From: Candidatus Kaiserbacteria bacterium | Lineage (GTDB): Bacteria > Patescibacteriota > Minisyncoccia > Phycocordibacterales > UBA918 | Length of the DNA stretch: 61,502 nucleotides | NCBI GenBank assembly: GCA_031430855.1 | Contig: JANPCG010000002.1 | Coordinates: 1-61,502 of the forward strand | Reading direction: 5' to 3' | Shown here: piece after piece, positions 25,254-34,509 of the stretch | How positions within the stretch are numbered: position 1 is the first letter of the stretch | How the letters are laid out: every line of letters begins with the position of its first letter | Program-made: the position numbers and the translations under genes | The notes under the pieces: generated by a model | Database searches by the model: none | What the model was told of the DNA's origin: nothing | What the model saw: only the letters and a program-made list of their open reading frames with translations

Positions 25254-26309
25254 TTACGTTAATGTTTTTTTTATTGCTGCTTGTATCTCAGTCTGTGGGA
25301 TACTAAACAGACATCTATAATACTTCACCCCATCCCGATATTCAAAACAATCTCCTGTTTTATCACCCTGACAGGTACAGACCGATAGATTCATCAAAAT
25401 CTTAACCTGAGGGTTATAGTATGGGAGCCAGCACGGATTGGAGTTATTTCCAATCACAACCGTTGAGACACCAACATGAGCTGCGATATGGGTCGGACCA
25501 GTATCGACCCCCACATACAATGCAGCCCGGCCAATTAATTCCATCTTGGCTAAAAAAGAATTAACAATGTCTTCACTAAAAAAGACATTGGTGAACATTG
25601 GTTTAATAAGAGACAATGCAGCAATTCGATCTGCCGGGCCACCAGAAATCACAATACTGTACTGAGGGTAGGTAGTCGTCAGCCACTGCAGTAACTCTTC
25701 CCACCGCTCCGTCGGCAGTGATCGCGACACCGATGAAGCAAAAGGGTGCACCACGATGTATGGTCGACCATCGAACATTAATAATGGTTTCGTGAGTCCA
25801 AACAGCAAATGTGGTTGAACCCGGTTTGGCACAATACCCGTCGTCGCTATCGCGTCAGCTTGGGATAAAAAAATTGACTGCGTGAGGTTGCGAGGTAGAA
25901 CCGTCGAAAAGAAAAATCGATTTGAAAATGTTTCTTCACCAAAAATGACGGATTGACTCCGCCTGCTCGGCAACGTTATCAGTCGTGTCACGATTGCATG
26001 AATTCGATTAACTTTCCCAAATGAAAGGGGGTGCAAAACAATCTGCCGCCTCCCGATAGTCCCCCACCAGATTCTAAGGAGTGCCGGTAGAGACCGCCTG
26101 CTGATAGTGACCAGTGTGATGTGCGGGTACTGTGCAATCATGTCAGCGTATATTCCTCGTTTGTCTCCATTGATCACCATATGCAATCGACCCCGCTCCG
26201 TTTTTGGTAACCCAAAGTAGGCCGCCTCGAGTGTATGGATACCGAGAAGTGTTACCCCGATACTATGTCCAACAAAAAACCAAATATCAGTAGGGGTAGC
26301 AGGTTTCAT
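25254..26309 (-). CDS. GT9 glycosyltransferase (ADP-heptose-dependent heptosyltransferase family)
   Basis: YIVVHPFASSVSRSLPTERWEELLQWL...VISGGPADR...LYVGVDTGPTHIAAHVGVSTVVI. Confidence 0.75.
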   Translation of the reverse strand: MKPATPTDIWFFVGHSIGVTLLGIHTLEAAYFGLPKTERGRLHMVINGDKRGIYADMIAQYPHITLVTISRRSLPALLRIWWGTIGRRQIVLHPLSFGKVNRIHAIVTRLITLPSRRSQSVIFGEETFSNRFFFSTVLPRNLTQSIFLSQADAIATTGIVPNRVQPHLLFGLTKPLLMFDGRPYIVVHPFASSVSRSLPTERWEELLQWLTTTYPQYSIVISGGPADRIAALSLIKPMFTNVFFSEDIVNSFLAKMELIGRAALYVGVDTGPTHIAAHVGVSTVVIGNNSNPCWLPYYNPQVKILMNLSVCTCQGDKTGDCFEYRDGVKYYRCLFSIPQTEIQAAIKKTLT

Positions 26310-26362
26310 AATGGTTGTTATATGTAACGGATTTACGGGTTATTAGGTTACAATACTGCATA

Positions 26363-27619
26363 ATGTATCACAAAACTCTCGACGCCCTAGAACGACGATT
26401 TAAAATCGATGCCCACTATTTTGTTTCAAATAGTTTTTGGGTGGCATGTAATCAGGCTATATCAATTACAGGGTCACTATTAGTCACTGTTGCCTTTGCA
26501 CACTATTTAACAGAGGAGCTATATGGTAACTATCGTTACTTGGTGGTTTTAGCTTCACTATTTGCGATTGTGTCATTAAATAGCATCGGTCAGTCTGTCC
26601 TTCAAACTGCTGCCAAGGGTTATCTCAGCTACTACGCCGCCTCTCTTCGTCTCGGTCTCTGGTCCAATCTTGGAACAACTGCCGCTGCCCTCGCAGTTGG
26701 TAGCTACTACCTGTACCGCGAAAACCAACTTCTTGGTTTTGGCTGCTTGGCAATTGCATTATTGCAACCTTTTATCAGCAATTACTTTACTGTTTTTAGT
26801 CTCCTCGCTGGACAACAAAAATTTCGGACTGTTGCGGTGTTTCAAACCATTCGCATCATCATTATCACCGTCGGAAGCATTGGCACCATTCTGATTACTC
26901 GCGATGTTTTTACCTTATTTGTTGCGTACCTCATTCTCCAACTAGGAACTAACGTCGCTGGTCATTTTCTCTTTAAACCAAAATCGCACGAAACTACCGC
27001 CCCGACTCCACCAGAAGTTGAGCAAAAATATAACCGCTTTGCGCTTCACCTCAGCATCCAAAATGGTGTCTTAGCAGCAGCCAATCGCCTTGACGCTTTG
27101 ATAGTTTTCCAGTTTCTTGGCGCGACCGCACTCGCCATGTACTCAATCGCTCTCATTGTCCCTGACCAACTCAAAAGTATGGTTAAAAACTTCTCTACTC
27201 TCTTGTTTCCAAAATACGTTAACTACACCCCACAGCAACTGATTCGGAGTATCCCGGGGCGCAGCCTGCAACTATTTATCATTCTCTTGTTACTGACGAC
27301 TCTCTACGTAGTGTTGGCACCTATCATTATCGGCACCCTCTTGCCAAAATACGAGTCAGCGATTATCTATACTCAATTACTCTCCCTCGCTATTCCCTCT
27401 TCGGTTTTATACATAGTCCAAAGTGCCATCAAATCACAGACGAACAATAGCCAGCTCTACTACATCCAATTTTCCCATTCGTGCATAAAAATTATCTTGG
27501 TATTTGTGGGGATTTATCATTTTGGTATTTGGGGTGCTGTCGGTGCGTATATTGTTAGTTCCTACGTAGAACTCTCACTCTACTATGGAGTGTACTTTAT
27601 TAAAACGTTACGTGGCTAG
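26363..27619 (+). CDS. Polysaccharide flippase (Wzx-like, MOP superfamily)
   Basis: About 12-14 TM helices and glycan-cluster context. ATG at 26363; the track ORF starts at a TTG at 26315. It is the only plus-strand gene in the island core. Confidence 0.6.
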   Translation: MYHKTLDALERRFKIDAHYFVSNSFWVACNQAISITGSLLVTVAFAHYLTEELYGNYRYLVVLASLFAIVSLNSIGQSVLQTAAKGYLSYYAASLRLGLWSNLGTTAAALAVGSYYLYRENQLLGFGCLAIALLQPFISNYFTVFSLLAGQQKFRTVAVFQTIRIIIITVGSIGTILITRDVFTLFVAYLILQLGTNVAGHFLFKPKSHETTAPTPPEVEQKYNRFALHLSIQNGVLAAANRLDALIVFQFLGATALAMYSIALIVPDQLKSMVKNFSTLLFPKYVNYTPQQLIRSIPGRSLQLFIILLLLTTLYVVLAPIIIGTLLPKYESAIIYTQLLSLAIPSSVLYIVQSAIKSQTNNSQLYYIQFSHSCIKIILVFVGIYHFGIWGAVGAYIVSSYVELSLYYGVYFIKTLRG

Positions 27620-27620
27620 C

Positions 27621-28250
27621 CTACTGCTTAACCATTACAATAAAATGTCCGAGCGGAAGACGTGAAGACAAGGTGCGGTATTTTTTTGAGAGACGATTAA
27701 AAAATCGATCCAGTCCAATCGCAGACCGCTTAAGCCAATGGCGTAAAAACTCAGTTGGCAGCGCACCAAAAATGCACTGATATCCGAGTGAGAAAAAGCC
27801 TTCTCCAATTGGCGTTACACTCAGAATCGTACACTTATTTTTTTTCGCTAAACGTCGATACGCAGATTCCGTGTACCGTAAATAATCATCTGGTGAGCCG
27901 TGAATGTGGTGCATGAATGGGGTAGCAAAAACCAACGTCCCCCCTGGTTTAACACACCGAACAATTTCGCTAAACACGAGATTGGTTTCAAATATATGTT
28001 CAAGAACATTCAAACAAATAGCATTATCAAATTGGTTATTTTCTAACGGAAATACCGTTTCAATATCATGAAATAATGACGGTTCACAACCAGGATCCAA
28101 GTTCATAACAAAGAAACTATGGTTTCCTTTTATAATCTCATGATAGCCAGATTTTGTACTTCCCCCAATATCAAGAATTGTACCTTTTAAGGTTAGCTTT
28201 TCTAATTCACGATACTCCCCTTCTCGAATAATTGATTTGATATTTGTCAT
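27621..28250 (-). CDS. Class I SAM-dependent methyltransferase
   Basis: ILDIGGSTKSGYHE and LNVLEHIFETNLVFSEIVRCVKPGGTLVFATP. Confidence 0.8.
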   Translation of the reverse strand: MTNIKSIIREGEYRELEKLTLKGTILDIGGSTKSGYHEIIKGNHSFFVMNLDPGCEPSLFHDIETVFPLENNQFDNAICLNVLEHIFETNLVFSEIVRCVKPGGTLVFATPFMHHIHGSPDDYLRYTESAYRRLAKKNKCTILSVTPIGEGFFSLGYQCIFGALPTEFLRHWLKRSAIGLDRFFNRLSKKYRTLSSRLPLGHFIVMVKQ

Positions 28251-29035
28251 TGTAACGTTGCGTTAAACAAGTAGCGGTCCGTTCGGATTTGTGTCCACTC
28301 TATATCAAATTTACTAAACCACTTTGTAAATTCTTCTTTTGAAACATTCCCCAAATCAAAATGCAGTTCACCAATATAGGAGTTTGCATACTCAGCCGGA
28401 TTGATAGATTTGAATATATCAAATTCCGCTCCCTCAACATCAAATTTAATGAGGTCAGCTTTTTCTACACCGTTTCTTTGAAGTAAATCGGCTAAGGTTA
28501 TCAAGGGTACGGTGACTGAATTTTTTGAGTCTTTCCGCGCCATGACTGAGTGACCGAGACTACTGACGCCGAGATTGAGTTCAATGGTGCCATTACTTCC
28601 CCCAACGGCGACCTGAAGTGGTTTAATGTTTGGAATGTGTTTTGTGTGCTTGGCCAAACGAGCGTAATTCTCTGGCGACGGCTCAGCCGCTAGTATGGTA
28701 GCTTCAGGAAAACGCACGTGATAATAAAGTGTTGTATCACCAAAGTGTGCGCCGAGATCAACAATTACTTTTGGATTTTCAATTGGGCACCAGGCATATT
28801 CATTATCAATAAACACTTCACGGAGCACGGCAATATCCATCGGATATTTTAAGTAAAATATAATTTTTTTATTATTGAATATACCATTTAAACTTACTTC
28901 TCCTTGTATATTTTTAAATATTTTTCTAGAAATTACAAAGCAATACAATGTGAGAGCTAAATGTAATCGTCTATACAATGAACCTCCTGACAACAGGCGC
29001 GCAAGAGCAGGAATAATACTGAATAAGGTTGTCAT
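28247..29035 (-). CDS. FkbM-family methyltransferase
   Basis: VIVDLGAHFGDTTLYY...AAEPSPENY...IKFDVEGAEFDIF. ATGA overlap with the downstream gene. Confidence 0.8.
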   Translation of the reverse strand: MTTLFSIIPALARLLSGGSLYRRLHLALTLYCFVISRKIFKNIQGEVSLNGIFNNKKIIFYLKYPMDIAVLREVFIDNEYAWCPIENPKVIVDLGAHFGDTTLYYHVRFPEATILAAEPSPENYARLAKHTKHIPNIKPLQVAVGGSNGTIELNLGVSSLGHSVMARKDSKNSVTVPLITLADLLQRNGVEKADLIKFDVEGAEFDIFKSINPAEYANSYIGELHFDLGNVSKEEFTKWFSKFDIEWTQIRTDRYLFNATLQ

Positions 29036-29041
29036 TTTGTA

Positions 29042-29806
29042 CTAGAATGGAACATCAGAACTAAAGGTATATCCTAAATTATTACCATTTGCGGATTCGT
29101 CTTCAAGGTTTCCATTTAATTTCCAGTACCCTTCAAGATTTGCTCCATTTTTTGCACTTATAGGCTTAGTGTATAACTCATTAATTTTATCAGCCTGGAG
29201 AGCCCGACTCCAAATTCGCACCTCATCTAACTTACCGTTGTAAAAATTAGTTCGAGAATCTCGACCTCCAATTACAAAGTCTGTATCCGTATTTGCAATG
29301 CTCGTAGGCATTACATTTTCAGCAGATTTACCGATCGAGACTCCATTAACAAATAATTCTGCGGTCCCACTTGCTGCGGTGTAAACCATTGCTACATGAA
29401 ACCATTCATTAGCATTTTTTCCGTGTGGCAAACGATGTATACCGTAGCCATAGCCACCATTTTGAGCATTTAATCCAATACCAACATCACCATCTTCTAA
29501 ATAAAATAAAAATGACGTTCTATCAATATCACTCCATTTTGAAACCAGGATTTGATGTCCTTCAAGAGTATGTTGCTTTACCCAAAGTGCAATAGTCATG
29601 TCACCAGTAATATCAAGGCCGGTTTGTTTATCATCGCTAATACTTACGTATGAATTGTCAGTTCCATCAAAAGCGAGAGCAGACTGGGCAGGTGCAGCAG
29701 ATACGTCATTAGATAAAATGACAAACGATGCAAAACTAATAGCAACCATAACCAATGGAGCAACTACGAAACTGTAAAAGTTTTTGGCGATAGAACTGGT
29801 ATACAT
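29042..29806 (-). CDS. Signal-anchored LamG/concanavalin-A-like lectin-fold protein
   Basis: N-terminal TM segment FYSFVVAPLVMVAISFASFVIL. Then LAFDGTDNSYVSI...TIALWVK...WFHVAMVY...LFVNGVSIG...GKLDEVRIWSRAL (Laminin_G_3-like). Confidence 0.65.
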   Translation of the reverse strand: MYTSSIAKNFYSFVVAPLVMVAISFASFVILSNDVSAAPAQSALAFDGTDNSYVSISDDKQTGLDITGDMTIALWVKQHTLEGHQILVSKWSDIDRTSFLFYLEDGDVGIGLNAQNGGYGYGIHRLPHGKNANEWFHVAMVYTAASGTAELFVNGVSIGKSAENVMPTSIANTDTDFVIGGRDSRTNFYNGKLDEVRIWSRALQADKINELYTKPISAKNGANLEGYWKLNGNLEDESANGNNLGYTFSSDVPF

Positions 29807-29814
29807 ACTATTTT

Positions 29815-29820
29815 ATTTTA
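29815..29820 (-). promoter_or_regulatory. -10-like TAAAAT, 8 nt upstream of ATG 29806
   Basis: Reverse complement of 29807-29820 reads TAAAATaaaatagt followed by ATG. Confidence 0.3.
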
Positions 29821-29865
29821 AAATTAAATAAGACTTACTTTATAACAAATATACCACAGGAAAAT

Positions 29866-30954
29866 TTACTTCAATAACTGCTTAAACTGCGCCACCACGA
29901 CCGATTTGTCGTAGCGGGTTACAACCTCTGACTCTAACTGCTGAACACGCTCATACTCAGACTGATTTTGAAGTAAACCGTTGATTTTTGAGGCCATTGT
30001 ACCTACTTCGCCAAATGGGACGACGTAGTCTGCAAGTGCCTTTGTAGCTGTCTCGCCTACCCCACCAACGGCAAACGCCACAAAAGGTACCTGGTATGCG
30101 AGTGCCTCAATTAACGAATGCGGCGAACCCTCCTCCTCAGACGGCATCAAAAATACGTCAGCCGCTTGATACAGACTCTCCACCGTACTGCGTGGGACAC
30201 TGCCGAGCAAATGTGCCCGGTTTGAAAGATCACGATCAGCAAAAGCAGCAGTAAGCTCAGCAAGGAGTGGACCGCTACCAGCTACAATCAGGTGCGTATT
30301 TTTGTCTTCTACGGCGGCGAGAATGTCGGGCAAAAAGTGGGCTCCTTTTCGCTTTGATAATTTATGTACAAACAGAAGCACTTTTGCATCATCAGGAATA
30401 CCGTACTCCCTGCGCACAAATAATCGATGGTTGGTATCTAGGTTAATTTTTGTCCGATCAATCCAATTCGGGATAACCACTAACTGTTCATCTTTTAGTC
30501 CATACATTTGTGTGTAGCCGGGAGTGAGCGCCTCGGCTCCCGTCACTAAGGTATCAATCAACCTGAATGCCAAGCGTTGATACCACTCCTCCGTTGATTT
30601 TCGTTTGTACTGCCACGGCATCCCCGCATTCCAATACAAGACCCGGCCCCCACATACCTTTGTCACTAACCCAGCGGTAATCGCTGAGAGGTACGAGTAG
30701 TGGATGTAAAATATTTTTGTCCCAGTAAGCCGAGCTCGGAGAATACAGAAAAAATTTTCAAGCACCCGCACGGGAGCAAAGCTTAACTGCTGTACAGTCA
30801 CCCATTCAGGGAAACTGCTATCATGTGGCTTCTCTAAAAGTAGCTCGAGGGGCACGCCTTCATCTTCACGCAACGTACGTGCCATTTCATAGACATAGTC
30901 CATGTGTGTGCCGGGGCTCACCTGCTGCATGATGAAGAGGATTTTCTGGTTCAT
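29866..30954 (-). CDS. GT4-family glycosyltransferase
   Basis: LLFVHKLSKRKGAHFL...LIVAGSGPL...ADVFLMPSEEEGSPHSLIEALAYQVPFVAFAVGG. Confidence 0.8.
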   Translation of the reverse strand: MNQKILFIMQQVSPGTHMDYVYEMARTLREDEGVPLELLLEKPHDSSFPEWVTVQQLSFAPVRVLENFFCILRARLTGTKIFYIHYSYLSAITAGLVTKVCGGRVLYWNAGMPWQYKRKSTEEWYQRLAFRLIDTLVTGAEALTPGYTQMYGLKDEQLVVIPNWIDRTKINLDTNHRLFVRREYGIPDDAKVLLFVHKLSKRKGAHFLPDILAAVEDKNTHLIVAGSGPLLAELTAAFADRDLSNRAHLLGSVPRSTVESLYQAADVFLMPSEEEGSPHSLIEALAYQVPFVAFAVGGVGETATKALADYVVPFGEVGTMASKINGLLQNQSEYERVQQLESEVVTRYDKSVVVAQFKQLLK

Positions 30955-31673
30955 GTAGTTAGCTGAAAAATTGGATGTTGCAGCATTGCGTTAAAATCCC
31001 GGTACGTAGCTGTCGGTTCGACCACAGTATCTTCAATCATTTTTTTAAGTTCACTTGGACGGTCAATTAAAAAAGCGAGTAACCCGAGTTTAATTGGGTT
31101 AAGAATATCGTCGTTCAATTGGTTGCCGATAACAATCACCGTATCACCAGAAGCATATCCGAGTTGTGAGAGTATCGTCTCCCAAAACCGTATGTCTTGT
31201 TTTTGAAAACCGACATCAGTTGCGGCATACACCTGACTGAAGTAGGCTGCAATGCCAGTTTTCTCAAGTATGTCCATCCGGGTCGCAACCGTGTTACCGC
31301 TTGCGACGACTAATTGAAAACCAGCCGCCCGGAGAGTTTCAAGACACAGAACTGCATCTGGAAACAATTGTGGTTCACTATGTGAATCAGCGTACGCTTG
31401 TGTCCACCGCTCCGCAAGCAAAACGGCCTCCTCCGTCGTAACTGGTCGACTGAGTTGATCGCCCATCATTTGCATATATACCGGAATATTATTTTTGATG
31501 GCTGGATTTTCTTTAGCAGCATAATCATTTACCGCGAAAAAGGCATAGAGAGTAGCCTGCATTTCTGCCAAGGTAGCACCAAAGTGATGAGAAACCACTT
31601 TGGTCTGGGCCAACAACCGTGAGGACTCGACAACCAGAGTACCGTCAACATCAAAAATAATCGTAGGCGGCAT
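30951..31673 (-). CDS. HAD-superfamily hydrolase/phosphatase
   Basis: MPPTIIFDVDGTLV (motif I) and ...VIVIGNQLNDDI (motif IV-like). Confidence 0.75.
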   Translation of the reverse strand: MPPTIIFDVDGTLVVESSRLLAQTKVVSHHFGATLAEMQATLYAFFAVNDYAAKENPAIKNNIPVYMQMMGDQLSRPVTTEEAVLLAERWTQAYADSHSEPQLFPDAVLCLETLRAAGFQLVVASGNTVATRMDILEKTGIAAYFSQVYAATDVGFQKQDIRFWETILSQLGYASGDTVIVIGNQLNDDILNPIKLGLLAFLIDRPSELKKMIEDTVVEPTATYRDFNAMLQHPIFQLTT

Positions 31674-31688
31674 AAAATAACAATAGAA

Positions 31689-32315
31689 TTATGTCTCCAA
31701 AAACCGGAACGTGGCAAACCCTTCGGCGTACTCGACGTGCGACTGGTAGCCGCGGTAGAGATTGAGTCCTTCAATTGATTTCGCCTTCAGAATTTCTTTA
31801 TGGCCCTGGCTCACGTGCGCCCGTATCGCATCCATCTTTTTTTCAATAAACGGGGTGACATCAATCCAATAAGTAGCGTTAAATGAGTTATAACTCGACG
31901 GCTCTTCGTACTCAAGAATTTGTTTCACCTTACGGCAAGCTGACTTGGCGACATGCGAGGTAATACGATGGTCCTGGTGTGTATCATTACCGTACGGCAG
32001 ATACACGCGGTCCGGCTTGAATTCTCGCACCACTTTTTCAATCCGATTAATCAAATCAACCGTTTCAGGAATTTCACCATCATGGTAATCCCAACACTCG
32101 ACCGAAACGTCCATGATAGCGGCACCAGCATGCGCTTCGATACAGCGGGTACCAGCCAGCTGTTCATCCATATCAAAGTCAGTGTCACCTCCCCGGCCAC
32201 CACCAGTTAATACAATGGTATGGACCGTGTCCCCTGCGGCTCGATGTTTAATGAGTGACCCACCACACCCAATCTCAATATCGTCCGGATGTGAACCAAT
32301 GGCTAAAATTTTCAT
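31689..32315 (-). CDS. PIG-L/LmbE-family N-acetylglucosaminyl deacetylase
   Basis: MKILAIGSHPDDIEIGCGGSLIKH...HQDH. Confidence 0.8.
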   Translation of the reverse strand: MKILAIGSHPDDIEIGCGGSLIKHRAAGDTVHTIVLTGGGRGGDTDFDMDEQLAGTRCIEAHAGAAIMDVSVECWDYHDGEIPETVDLINRIEKVVREFKPDRVYLPYGNDTHQDHRITSHVAKSACRKVKQILEYEEPSSYNSFNATYWIDVTPFIEKKMDAIRAHVSQGHKEILKAKSIEGLNLYRGYQSHVEYAEGFATFRFLET

Positions 32316-32326
32316 AGTGATTAGAA

Positions 32327-33274
32327 TTATAGCTGCTTATATTCAAAATGCCCAACTACCGTCACTTCATTCCACGAAACAGGCTCGAGGGTCTCCCCCG
32401 CTACTTCATGCAAAATGAGATCAATCGGGTTCGCTCCAGCGGCGACAGTTATCGGCAATCCACCAGATAACCTCGGATTGATTTCAATTAATCGCGGCGT
32501 ACCCTCCGCGTCTGCCCGCAATTGAATACAGACAGGACCGCGGCAGCCGAGAGCGAGCGCGACATCAGATGCCAATGCCTCGATTTGTGGATGACGTACC
32601 GTGCGACCTTTAATGGAAATTCCGCCGGCGAGTCCAATGCGTTCGCGCGGTACGGCATAGATAACGGTGCCCTCGCGCGAAACATAGACATCAACTGTCC
32701 ACTCTGTTCCCATCATATATTTCATGACGAGTGTATCTTCGGAGAGATACGCTTGCTCCCGGATGAGCTCAGCTTTGGTAATGGTGCGACACCCTCGTGC
32801 ACCACGGCCCTGGGTCGGTTTGATAAATTGGACAGCATCCTCGAGCCAGTCCGGAGTCCAGGCACTAATCGGCGTCCAAATAATCGCATGCTTGGAATAG
32901 TTTTTTTCCACCCACGAGTAAAACGCTTGTTTGTTATCACCAACAACTAAAGACTCCGGACCAGAGAGAACTACCGTACAGGTTTCTGGCGCAGTAAAAT
33001 CACGGAGCACAATTAATTCTTCGTGGACCGTTGGAACAACCAAGGTAACTCCTTCGCACTCAATCAGATCCTGCAACCACGTGAGGTATAGCGGATCTGA
33101 TACCCGTGGCGAAATCACAAATGTCTCAACATACGACTGTCCCGCTGCGAGGGCATCGATGTCACAACCAATTATTCGGTGCTGTGGATACGCTGAAAGT
33201 AGCCGGACCGTATTTACCCCCGCTGGACCACCAACGCCAGTAACTAAAATTGTCTGCTGTTTATTCTTGTCCAT
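32327..33274 (-). CDS. ATP-grasp domain ligase
   Basis: ILVTGVGGPAGVNTVRLL..., ...FIKPTQGRGARG..., ...VCIQLRADAEGTPRLIEINPRLSGG. ATG at 33274 (track start is 33310). Confidence 0.65.
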   Translation of the reverse strand: MDKNKQQTILVTGVGGPAGVNTVRLLSAYPQHRIIGCDIDALAAGQSYVETFVISPRVSDPLYLTWLQDLIECEGVTLVVPTVHEELIVLRDFTAPETCTVVLSGPESLVVGDNKQAFYSWVEKNYSKHAIIWTPISAWTPDWLEDAVQFIKPTQGRGARGCRTITKAELIREQAYLSEDTLVMKYMMGTEWTVDVYVSREGTVIYAVPRERIGLAGGISIKGRTVRHPQIEALASDVALALGCRGPVCIQLRADAEGTPRLIEINPRLSGGLPITVAAGANPIDLILHEVAGETLEPVSWNEVTVVGHFEYKQL

Positions 33275-34367
33275 ACCACTGCATAAGCTTTTCTGATAAC
33301 GCAACCGCACTCCACGTATGTGCCTCGATCCTTCCTGCCATTACAATCCGTTCCCATAATAATGGGTCACCAAGGAGCTCGTTTACTGCAGCAACGAGTG
33401 CATCCGTATCCCCCACGGGAGTGACGAGTCCCGTTTCTAAATTTCGAATTGCCTCACCCGCACAACCAGAGTCAGTCGTCACGACCGGACAACCAGCCGC
33501 CATTGATTCAATCATCGGCATTCCCCAACCTTCCCAGCCAGCTGTATGCACGTAACAAAATGATGCAGCATAAATTGGTGCCAAGGTTTTTTGATCTATC
33601 GCACCATAGAATGTCACGCGACTGCTCAGACCATGTGTTTCAAAATACGTTTCTAAAGCTTCACGCAAAACCCCATCACCAGCAATACCAACCGTGAAAT
33701 CAGTGTGCGACATAAGCAACCTTGTCGCCACTTCGGCAAATAGGAGTGGCTCTTTCTCCGGCAGTAGTCGTCCAACAAAAAGTATTTGTTTGGTACGAGT
33801 ACTTACAGGTGCAGTAGCAAAAATTGAAAGATCAGTTCCAATTGGAATCGAAACGATTCGTTCGCTTGGGATACCAAACTTGTTTTCAAGTTCGAGTTTC
33901 AGACGTCCACTTACCGCACGTACCGCTGTGGCACGCTTTAAAATAAATTTTCCGACGACATTCATCATCCGATTGAAATACCCAACCTTGCTCGCAAACC
34001 ATTTTGGATTATCGAGGTAGTCACCATGGAGCTGCACATAGAGAGGTAGATTACACCACCGTGAAATCAGATACCCAGCCAACCCGGCATACAACACATC
34101 TTGCGTGGTAACGAGTGTATGAGGGGTGGTACGTGCGTGTGCTCGAGCAGAAAATAACGCTCGAAAAAAGGCATCAACAAACGTATACCCACCCAGGGTC
34201 GTAACGGTACTTTGACCAATCATAATAGTATTGGCTTTACCGGTCGCCATTACAATATGAGTAAAGGTGTGGGTTTTATCATACTCGACAAAGCGCGCAG
34301 TAAGAGGTGAGCCGGGATTAAAAATAGTCAGGTCTCGTCCAATTGAAAGTATTCGATTTCGTTTCAT
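33261..34367 (-). CDS. GT4-family glycosyltransferase
   Basis: ILFVGRLLPEKEP...GIAGDGVLRE...CYVHTAGWEGWGMPMIESMAAGCPVVTTDSG. ATG at 34367; the track start at 34517 would run through the NYN gene's 3' end. Confidence 0.8.
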   Translation of the reverse strand: MKRNRILSIGRDLTIFNPGSPLTARFVEYDKTHTFTHIVMATGKANTIMIGQSTVTTLGGYTFVDAFFRALFSARAHARTTPHTLVTTQDVLYAGLAGYLISRWCNLPLYVQLHGDYLDNPKWFASKVGYFNRMMNVVGKFILKRATAVRAVSGRLKLELENKFGIPSERIVSIPIGTDLSIFATAPVSTRTKQILFVGRLLPEKEPLLFAEVATRLLMSHTDFTVGIAGDGVLREALETYFETHGLSSRVTFYGAIDQKTLAPIYAASFCYVHTAGWEGWGMPMIESMAAGCPVVTTDSGCAGEAIRNLETGLVTPVGDTDALVAAVNELLGDPLLWERIVMAGRIEAHTWSAVALSEKLMQWYGQE

Positions 34368-34420
34368 AATGTCTATAACTATACAGTAAATATAAAAGTA
34401 ATACGTAGCGGAACAAAATC

Positions 34421-34448
34421 TTGACTTATTGCGTGTATAACCTATAAT
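34421..34448 (+). promoter_or_regulatory. Near-consensus sigma70-type promoter TTGACT-N16-TATAAT pointing antisense into the NYN gene
   Basis: 34421-34426 is TTGACT, followed by a 16-nt spacer, and 34443-34448 is TATAAT. Confidence 0.5.
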
Positions 34449-34454
34449 ACAAAT

Positions 34455-34509
34455 ATCATCACGATCAGTCCCCCGTAGGGTTCCGTCCCTGCGGGGTCCT
34501 TTTCTTTTT
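34455..34509 (+). ncRNA. Candidate ~50-nt cis-antisense RNA (promoter-to-terminator unit) overlapping the last codons of the NYN gene
   Basis: Starts about 7 nt after the -10 box. 10-bp G+C-rich stem (34471-34480 with 34487-34496, CCCCGTAGGG/CCCTGCGGGG), 6-nt loop, then TCCTTTTCTTTTTA. Confidence 0.35.
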
